Shown here piece after piece: positions 23,106 through 32,068 of a stretch of 32,068 nucleotides of DNA. A model generated the notes under the pieces. The model was given only the letters and a program-made list of their open reading frames with translations, ran no database searches and was not told the DNA's origin. The stretch's first letter is position 1, and each line of letters starts with the position of its first letter. This DNA is from Catajapyx aquilonaris. Taxonomy: Eukaryota. The DNA is taken from contig JYFJ02004450.1 in NCBI GenBank assembly GCA_000934665.2, positions 1-32,068 on the forward strand. The letters are read 5' to 3'. The position numbers were made by a program, and so were the translations under genes.

Positions 23106-23338
23106 TTACGGTTCCGAAGCCTTGAATTGTGCACTAACTATGATTTCATAGTTATTGCACAATTCTATGTGCTCACAGCTCCGAGCACCTACAAGAGAAG
23201 GCGGAATAACCATTTAACAACGCGAATTATGTTAGAATAATTAACTCACAGAGGTCAAGAGGCCACGATTGACCTGAAGATATTGGCAGCTCTTATTTCG
23301 ACGGGTGGGACAGACATCATCTGGATTAGTTCTTCGAT
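23106..23338 (-). pseudogene. Gr relic (last two exons only)
   Basis: Exon 23338-23250 reads IEELIQMMSVPPVEIRAANIF/VNRGLLTS and is 89 nt instead of 90 (frameshift). Last exon 23188-23106 (VLGAVST..IVxAQFKASEP*) is disrupted by an inverted duplication. Confidence 0.85.
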
Positions 23339-23973
23339 CTGAAAGGATAGATGTCTTTAACTAATTTGGACGATATACAGGGTGTTTCAACTTTTTGTCC
23401 GAACAGTAAGTTATCGGAAAATTGCACGTAGCTGCTATTTCGTAAGCAATGACTTGCACCCGATGATTTGTCGGAGGAATGGGGAATGGGGAAGAAGAGG
23501 GTCACACATGCTATGGGATGTGTGACTAGTGTGAGCGGCTTGCTTCTATCATAAAATGCAGTTTTCTTTGCAAATATGTCGTGAACCGCTAGGACTAAGT
23601 GGTCTACCGCTCCTTCTCGACGATTATTAACATTGCTTTTGTTGTCGTGTTCTCGGAACTTGCTAAAACAATGAGCACGTCCATAACAATGGCTCTTTAA
23701 ATAAATTTACATTATTCCACCACACCCAACCGATCATAAATTACAGGTGGGTGGAGGTCTATCAAGCCTTGTGGCTTCAAGATGACCCATCAGTAATATA
23801 AGAGTGCGTGGAAAATTTACATGCAGCCTTTTATGAGTCTAGATGTGAAAACTACTTGAATATGCATATTGCAAGCAACGAGTGTTTTTGTTTGTGTTTG
23901 TTCAATTTCACATCTATTTCTACTGATATGAAGAAACAGACATAAACTGACATTCAAAAAGCAAGCGTTCAAA

Positions 23974-25523
23974 ATGCCAGTCCTAATAGCTACTGCAATT
24001 CAAGTGGAAGCGGCCAATCAGCCAGAAGATGCTGCGAGGAAAGAGAAAGACGCGTTTTGGACCTTGTTCAGACCACTGTCTATCTTGGCCACCTTTGGAG
24101 GAATCGCGCCTTGTCCTTGGTCCAAGGAAAAGCAGAGTTGGAAGTGGTACCAACGGTGGCCTGCAATGGTGCACTTTTTTCTTCTGGCCACGTACATAGC
24201 AGCACTCATCTGGTTCCCCATAGATCAGTGGAGGATTAGCTACGATGAAGGTGAAACTCGAGTGGTGACGCAGCTACTTCTGAAAGCAGTCATCTACGTA
24301 AGTCCATGGATTAATTACATCCTGGTTCAAGCATCGATGCCCAAAATATGGATACTGATCCACCGAATTTCTCGACTGAGCGTAAAACGACATGCAAAGA
24401 CATTGCGTCGTTGGTCCACATCGTTATTTCTCGTTACCATTGTCCTTCCTGCACTTCTTCTATTGACTGATATTATCCGTTATGCAAGAGAAGGGGTCCT
24501 GATTGTACCAAGAAACCTGTTTGGTTTATTTGTGAAATGGCACTGCATATTTCTGTTTCACTTCATTCCTGCCATAATAGCATATTTGACAATTTTCCTC
24601 CGATTGAAGCTGACCGAATTTAACAAGGAAATTATGCAAATATGTGCATCTTTACATGTGTCTAGTAGCGAACAAAGGAATGATGACCACAACATGCTGA
24701 AGAAGATGACCTCTGCCACTGACCGGTTTCAAGAACTGTGCCTGTTGGTGGGCTCCATGAGCAGAACCTTTGGGTTGTGCATTGCTGTTCTCTACCTGAA
24801 AATTATTGTGATAATCACAGCTTTTCTATTTTATTTAATACTGGAGAAGGTCCAGTCTGTCGTAGTAATAATGTATCTAGTCATCGGCCTCGGGATATGG
24901 TCATCTTTTACAGTTATTTTGGGATCAGTTCCACGAATAGTAAGTAAATCTTTTTTGTATCCAATAATTGTAATTAAACTTTTAGGATGCAAGAAATAAT
25001 GCACATGACTGTGACATCTTTAGTCAGAAAGCCGAGAAGCCCTTTATCTAGATTTCGACGCCATCTTTATTGCTGTTCATGAAGTACACATTGTTGCTCG
25101 CAATAATATAAATAATACAACATGTCATTTCAGAGCACAAGATCATTGACACACATGATTTTAGACAATCGTGTTGCTACCGATCCAAGAACAAAGGCTA
25201 ATGTACGTATTGTCTCTTAGCATTTATTTAGTTTATATTTTGTCACGTATTTTTCAAACAATCGCTCTACCTTCCAGCTAGAATCACTCATCCAGCTTAT
25301 GACCAGCACACCAATTGAGATAACAGCTGCCGATTACTTCACAGTCAACCGTGGCCTACTCACAGCGGTAACTATTATTTTGCACAAAATAACAAGAGTT
25401 TGGATATTATAACCACCATAAGTAATTAATGGCACTTGTGTCACTTACAGGTGGTTGGATCTATCACAACATACGTGATAGTACTAAGCCCAGTTCATAG
25501 GGAGCGAAGATAGAGGATCATAA
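23974..25523 (+). pseudogene. Gustatory receptor, copy F (inverted paralogue of A/B) with +1 frameshift in the terminal exon
   Basis: Exons 23974-24939, 25134-25202, 25278-25367 and 25451-end. An extra A at 25486/25487 turns TYVIVLAQFIGSEDRGS* into TYVIVLSPVHRERR* (TAG 25511-25513). This could be a sequencing error or a polymorphic null. Confidence 0.75.
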
Positions 25524-25716
25524 GGTTCAAAGATGTCATTTGACCCTTGATGTAAAACAAAGAGTCTGTTCATCAAAGGAACGAGAAAAGAATAAGCTGT
25601 GAAGAAAAATTGAGATATCGAGCGAGTCACCGATGGAAGATTTGGCGTCGACTTTGAGCCAAAAACGCAATTAAAAATGTAGACATGAATATTTTGTTAG
25701 TTGCAAGAAACTAAGG

Positions 25717-25915
25717 TTGACTGATTGATTGAGTGATGGTTTAATGGCGCAACAGTCGCACTGGATATACTGCGCCAAGCACCTGTGACGTTTAGGGCAG
25801 GGCAGGCAATACCACCCTAACCTCAACGTTAAATGAATCAAAGGTTTTTTAAAAAAGAAGAGACAATTAATTAATTAATTAACATTTTACTTGAGCATTT
25901 ATTACAGTAGCGAAA
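25717..25915 (-). mobile_element. Possible retroposed 3' tail fragment (LINE/SINE-type stem-loop + short-repeat tail)
   Basis: The minus strand has a TTGGCGCAG...TGCGCCATTAAACC stem-loop followed by an (AATC)-like tail. AAGAAACTAAGG is a 12-bp direct repeat at 25705-25716 and 25916-25927. Confidence 0.45.
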
Positions 25916-26248
25916 AAGAAACTAAGGCACACTGAGCACAGCCATATGTACTGTACATGGAAATTACCCATTGAAATGCTTTCAATTTAAGTAAATCCAT
26001 CGTCTGATCTGATGAGCATTGATTTTGGGAGGTCTGTGGCATAGGTTAATCACTATGCTGCCATGTTGTTCTTGAAATCCAACTATTATTGTAATACTGC
26101 ACATCACATTAAATAGACACTGTTTTCTCAAGTAATTCATTGACATTTGTTTTTGAAGCAAAAGTCGAACAAAAATTAACTTTCACAAATTATTCGTTTT
26201 GAATTTTGTCATCCAGTCTTTCTATTGCAAATTATATTGTTAGGTGGT

Positions 26249-29200
26249 TTATCTTAGCCTCCCACTGCAGTTAGGAGCCATGCAGAAGCAGGCAATGGAT
26301 TTGCCTGGGACACTGTCGATTTTGTAGTCGTAGTACAAGGTAAGCTCGGTTCCAGCCTTGATGTAATTGAAAGCAAAAAAGGCAAGGTATGGGAACCGCA
26401 GATCATGAGTGTTGACGAACACATTCTGGGCGAAGATATTAGGGGAACAGGAATGCTGTCAATGAAGAAAAAGCCAACGATCAATGTACAGTATATGGTA
26501 AGATAAAACAAATATTCCATATATTGTAACCTGCCACTTCCCATTCCCACTTCAACGCAATATACACTTACTCCTACTCCTACTCTATTCCTACTAACAG
26601 TCTAATATTCATGTAATCTACTACCATAGAAACTTACATTGAAGTATCTTCCGACGTTTCCACTAGTTTTCGCATCAATTACAAAGACCTCCTTATTCCC
26701 AAAATCTTTCCGAATAGACACAAACTTTCGGCTCTTGAAATCACGCAGTGTAGAGATTCTGGATGGTGCTCCTGCATTTTTAAATAAATATTTTATAATT
26801 AAAGTAAACCATATATACATCACTGAACAATTTCACAACAATACCAAAGGTAAGCTGTAACAATGTTAAGATTCATGTATGTTTGTAGGCAAAATTTTAT
26901 TAGTTGACTTGGGCCTCCTCTATCCCAGACTTTGGCTTTTGTTGGGTTTTGTATTATTTCTTAACATTTCTGTATATTATTGGTAGCACTATTTTACAAC
27001 AACTGTTTAATGTCTTTATGATTACCACATCAGAACCCGTGGCGTGTATGTACCTTCTTCATCACAAAGCTTACTCTGTCTTCTCCCTGATTTCTTCACC
27101 TTCTTTCTTGTTCCTGACTCACCCCCATTCTTACCCCACATCATCTTCTTTCCACCCCTACCACGCATGCTCCTGGTGACCATCTCACTTCTAACAACTG
27201 GCTTTTGACCTCTAGGGACACGATACTCTTCATCTGAACCCATGAGTCCTGATCCACACCCCCACTCATCTTCTGTGGTGTCTTCGTTTGACTCATCACC
27301 TGGATAGGGAGAAACATACTAGCTACATATTCAGTGTATAATACATGAGTCCAGCATGTTAGCATCTCCACATCTTAGGTAAAGCATGTTATGATTAATA
27401 GTAGGGGTGGCAGTTTGTTAAGTATAATATAATAAAATACCTTCAACAGAACTTTCAGAAACCCATTCATGGGAGGTGGAACCATCCAAGTCAGTTACGT
27501 CACTCTCGTATCCTTCCTTCATTTTTTCTGCCATCTCAATAAAATCTAAATTGTACAAGTATTCATCCCCACGCTCGGTCTTGTTAAGCTGTAAAGTGGG
27601 ACGTGGTTTACCCATCACAAAAGGTCACTGAATTGTGGCAAAAAAGGGGGGCCAAATTTGTCCTCCTCGATATCAGGTTTCAAATCTTTACCTTATCAGC
27701 ATCTTCTCCTGTCAGCAAATCTCCAGCATATATGCAAATAAATCCACCCTTCGGAATGTCATGCAAGCAACGTATCCCCCATCCCTTCTTTTGTGTCTTG
27801 AATATTTGCAACTTCAACTGCAGAGGATTCTGCACTACTCGGTTAAAGCAGGTTTTGCGACACTTGCACCTTGCATTGCACTCATAGATCCCAGTCGTCA
27901 GTTGTTCTGTGAGACGGCGATGCACATATCCAACATTTGGGTTGGCTGCTGCCTGAATGGTGAGCTGCCAGCAAGCACACTTGTCCTTCGACTGGCAGTC
28001 ATCAGTGCAATCACATCCAGTGAGGAATTCCTCATCCAGATTCAGAGGTACGTTTGCTGCTGGTTTCCGCTGGGTGATGTACTTCAGGGGATCAGGGGGT
28101 GTATTGTCGAGGCTGTTCACACATGACACAGCCACATTCTCCTCGCCACAAGAAATGTCCTGGAAAATGTCAAAATATGATGACAAGAGGTCCTCTGTAT
28201 GCAAGTCTCCTCTTCAAACATAACATTATACCCAAACTGTATTTGAAAATGTACCTCATTACAGTAAAAACTCTGACGAGGATGAAACTTGGCAACAGCA
28301 CGGACGCGGACATCAAAACAAAACAAGTCTATGCCCATAGTTGAATTAGTTTGTTGTAAGTAGTGATGAACATTTTCCATGTTTGTCAGACGTATGCCAC
28401 ATGGGGTAAGATATATTATTGTTCTATTCCCCTTTCGGTATTTGCCTACTCGCCTGAAATAAATGGCAATACATCATATGCAATGGCGAATGGCAAGAAC
28501 ACAGTATTTATAAGCATTAATAAGGACTCACCTTTGCCAACCGCAGAACATGGGCACAGCCAAAGGACTAAGCTCCTTCATCTCCACCATATCATAAGGA
28601 TGATATTCTAGGCAAGATGGTGCACACTTATGCGCGTAGAATTTAGCATGAGGCTGTTCTGGGATAGTTAAACTTACATAAATATCCCCATCATGTTCTG
28701 GAGGAGGTTTCCTAAAAGATGGCTTAGGTATGACTGGTGTGATTTTCACACTGGATGGTCCAGGGACATATGTGTTGTTTACACTAGGAATCATGTGACG
28801 CTTGTTATCAGTGCTAGTCATAGCCACAGGACCCTTGGCTGCAGTGTTGTTAGGTCCTAATGACAACACCTTCATCTTACCATCATCTGAAATGTGTGGC
28901 GCTGATTTTTATAATAATGCACGCATAATCAGGTACCTACTCATCTACTGTGCATAATAATTATGGTAGTTTGAAACTCACCGGCAACATTTCGAACATC
29001 TTCTATTGGGGGGCGTTTTGCAACTGGTCCTTGCTTATGCTGGAATATTTGAGAAATACACTTCACAATACTCTTTGAATTTTAGACAAGATGACAAGTA
29101 GGAAGGTTTGAAATTAATTTTGGTGCAACACTTACTGAAGCTGAAATACTCATCAAAACTCCTTCATGCTCTCCAGAATGTTGCCCAGAAGAAGGCATAG

Positions 29201-31525
29201 GAACAATGGTGTTCAAACTGGATGGTCCAGGGACGTTGGTGTTGATTTTACAGGACATCCTCTGAGGCCTATTCGCATTGCTCTTTCTAGCCACAGGACC
29301 CTTGGCTGCAGTCTGGTTAAGTTATAGGAACATGAACTGCTTTTTGACCATGACTTGTGTGCATTGGGCACCAAATAACACCAATTTTGTGCAATAGTGA
29401 TGAGCCTCATGCACACTTGAATATCATATTTACAAGTACAGTTATCTAAAAAAAACCCTCAAGTGGCTAGATTTTCACACATTTCATCTTCACACAAAAA
29501 AGAATAAATAAGTACTACATGAATCCAAACCTTGCTGACAGTTGTGAGCTGTGTAGTAGAGAACATACTACTGCTTTCCTTCCTGGCTTCTGCATTCCTT
29601 TGTTCACTATGGGGTCCTCTGAAGTGCCTGGAGTCCCTATGTAATATCTCTTTGTGGTTGTCTTCATGGAACTGCACCCTCACGAGGGAGGCATCTACTT
29701 CCTTCACAATTGCCTGGCACCACTTATCTGTTAAAGTGATGTTTAGTCTGTACCATTACCAAGCTTCCCTGATTTTCACATAACGTTCGTGCAATTTTTC
29801 ACTGTATGACTGAAGCATAACCTAATTTTAATTAATGACACATAAAGTCTTGTACTCAACTTCAGGACAGAGAATAAACTCACCATATTTCCGTTTCATC
29901 ATACCAGGTGGTTTCACATTGGTTTCACTACCCATAGCCTGGTTTTCATCGCTTGACTTGAAGCTTTGGTTGTCACTCTTTCCTAAATCACAATTTTCGG
30001 TAGCATTGTCAACAAGAGCAGAATCATCGGGAAGGATGTCTGTTATCTGAAGCTCTGGAAGCTCCTCCTAATAATTGAATAGTTATTGGAGGGTTATTGA
30101 TAAGAAATAACAGCTACCCCATACATTGTCAGGGCACCAAAGTTATTCATGTCCAAGACAATATTGAAAATGCTTACTCGAACTGTCGATGTCCATTCAA
30201 AGGGCTTGTATAGCTCGTCCCAGAGGTCATCTAGACTTTTCTCAACTGTTACATACATGTCACCAACAATGGACGCATTTTTTTTATTCTTGAGGTTACG
30301 TTCGTTGAGAATTTTTAGGCTTTCTTCCAGCTGGAAATTGACGTCATATTTTTCCATGACAGTAGCAAATGCTTCTTCTACACTAATTTCTGCCGTAACT
30401 GTATCCTCATCAATACGACGAAGTTCTGGAACAAAAATCACAATACACTGTGATCTGCTGAATAACCAGAGTTTGTAACTGCAAACAATGTACAACAAGG
30501 AAAATAGGAATCAGTGCTGTCATCTGGGGGTTAAGAACTCTTAATGTGCTTACCTTCGTCATTTTCTTCTTCTGAATCATCTGAATCCAATGTAATCACG
30601 TTTGGTGTGTAGATTTCAACTTTTTCATTTGCGATTGGTCGACGTGCTTCCATTGCCTCAGTCAGGGTCTGTACAAAAAAAAAAATCAGAAAGCTCACAT
30701 ACTGCCTTATGCAGTACTAAAATATTACTGAAGTCTAACAAGAAATAATTATGAAGCTGCTATTATTTCAAGGTGTAACTCTTGATTGGCTAAGGGGCAA
30801 AGGAAAACATTTGCAAACTAGGACATTTGGGCTTACACACCACATAAGCTCACACTGGACCAAGGGAAACATTTTGCACTCACCTCAGTCAACTTCAGGG
30901 CAGGTGACAAACAGACTTCACAGATCTTGGACACAATGTGTGATTGGTTCTCAATCCCGTAATAGCCAAGTGCATACTCTGGAGCATAATGCAACTTGGA
31001 GGTGGCATCACACTCAGGATTACAGCATTTCTTCCCAATTCTCTTCTTTTTCACTAGCTCCTTGGTAACATCAATGCCCTCAATTCCACCACCATCATCG
31101 CTTTTCTCACCAGGGAGTGTACTTCTTAGCATGCTGGATGGAGGTTCATCTATCTTCCTATTCATAATTTCATCGATTGATTCTATGTAGGATTTGCATA
31201 TAGAGTCGGGAAGCAAGCCACCCCCACTATCATCTGTTGAGAAACATTCTACCCATACACCTTCTTCAGCTTCAGTTAGATCCATTGATTCATCTTCCAG
31301 GCGTTCCTCCATACTTTGTGATGTAGCAATCATGTCATTGGCATGCATCTCCTTGTTTCCTGCTTCATTTGCTGTTGATGTAGATTTCAGTGCCTGGGTG
31401 ACTTCTTCCACAGCTACAGAGTTGGTATTATTTCCTGATTGTTGAGAAACATTTCCATCTTCTTTGTCATCCCTATCTACTTGCTTGTCAACAATAACAC
31501 TTTCATCGTCACTTTCAAGGTCCAT
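26249..31525 (-). CDS. SETDB1: SETDB1/eggless-like histone H3K9 methyltransferase, divergent, ~1120 aa, 14 exons
   Basis: Phase-consistent exons: 31525-30884, 30668-30554, 30425-30178, 30067-29884, 29727-29531, 29312-29136, 29039-28982, 28886-28532, 28453-28255, 28159-27692, 27588-27441, 27299-27075(or 27054), 26771-26638, 26455-26249. Domains: Tudor remnant EVDASLV, MBD ([17 protein letters not shown]), pre-SET ([19 protein letters not shown]), split SET ([14 protein letters not shown] / [19 protein letters not shown]), post-[11 protein letters not shown]. The start may lie further upstream. Confidence 0.9.
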
Positions 31526-31732
31526 ATTTTCAGTCAAGCTGTCACACCTTCAAAAAAATGTGAAATTATTAATATCTAAAAACTCATCATGGCCTTAGTT
31601 GTCTTGGCTTCTGCTGCTAAACCAACGAACTGTAGCAGATGTTGTAGCCAGGTGAAGTGTGTGATATCAACACCTCAACACCATTCCTAATCCACTATCA
31701 CAGTATGGCAACCAGATGGCAACACGAAAAGG

Positions 31733-31933
31733 GTGGCACTGAGGCAAAGTCAGGCAGACATGCTGCAATTTAATAGGTGCCAGGACCGTCTTGGAGATGG
31801 TCAGGCCTGGCTCTATCTATCTAGGTTGAGCCCAGATGAGGCCCGGAGCACCGTCAACTCACCTCCTGCATCAGTTAAATGTGTCAAATGTGGCCTTGCG
31901 GGGCATTTTCGCCTAGTTCCACCAGCCACTTAG
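31733..31933 (+). mobile_element. Possible decayed gag/ORF1 zinc-knuckle remnant of a retroelement
   Basis: QFNRCQDRLG and VKCVKCGLAGHF resemble degenerate CCHC knuckles, but the final Cys is missing. Confidence 0.3.
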
Positions 31934-32068
31934 GTCACCAGAGCATATTTCCTCCCATCACCCATCACCGCTTTATATCCTACACCGCAATGAACCTTCG
32001 AACATTGATGGTGACTGACCCCTTTTCCTCAGCCAAATCACACCAACCTAAGTAGTTCAGCTCTCAGA

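Noticed and set aside
26903..26969. Extra SETDB1 exon containing a TAG
   Set aside because: Flanking exons join in phase without it and there is no strong donor, so it is treated as intron.
27635..28126. 163-aa plus-strand ORF
   Set aside because: Antisense shadow of the pre-SET/SET exon.
29728..29822. Apparent in-frame stop upstream of the SETDB1 Tudor remnant suggesting a pseudogene
   Set aside because: It lies within a phase-compatible GT-AG intron (29883-29728), and the spliced frame is open.

Overview
Intron-containing eukaryotic DNA, almost certainly arthropod. The window is a chemoreceptor birth-and-death cluster: the 3' end of a divergent ionotropic receptor, five full-length gustatory-receptor (Gr) copies and two Gr relics. 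Three Gr copies are intact, one is a nonsense pseudogene and one has a terminal-exon frameshift. Interleaved are a homeodomain-type ceramide synthase paralogue with one in-frame TAG (plus a deleted relic of it), a tandem pair of intact 4-exon orphan genes with a positionally conserved RFX X-box-like site, and an intact but divergent 14-exon SETDB1/eggless-like H3K9 methyltransferase. The latter appears to lack most of the Tudor region and has ELTLYY in place of ELTW[DN]Y. Small mobile elements are frequent (MITEs, tRNA SINEs, a composite Helitron-like element), and both recent Gr tandem duplications carry a foreign element at the junction. Gene models were spliced by hand from GT-AG sites, phase consistency and paralogue comparison. 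No database search was possible, so novelty claims are unverified.
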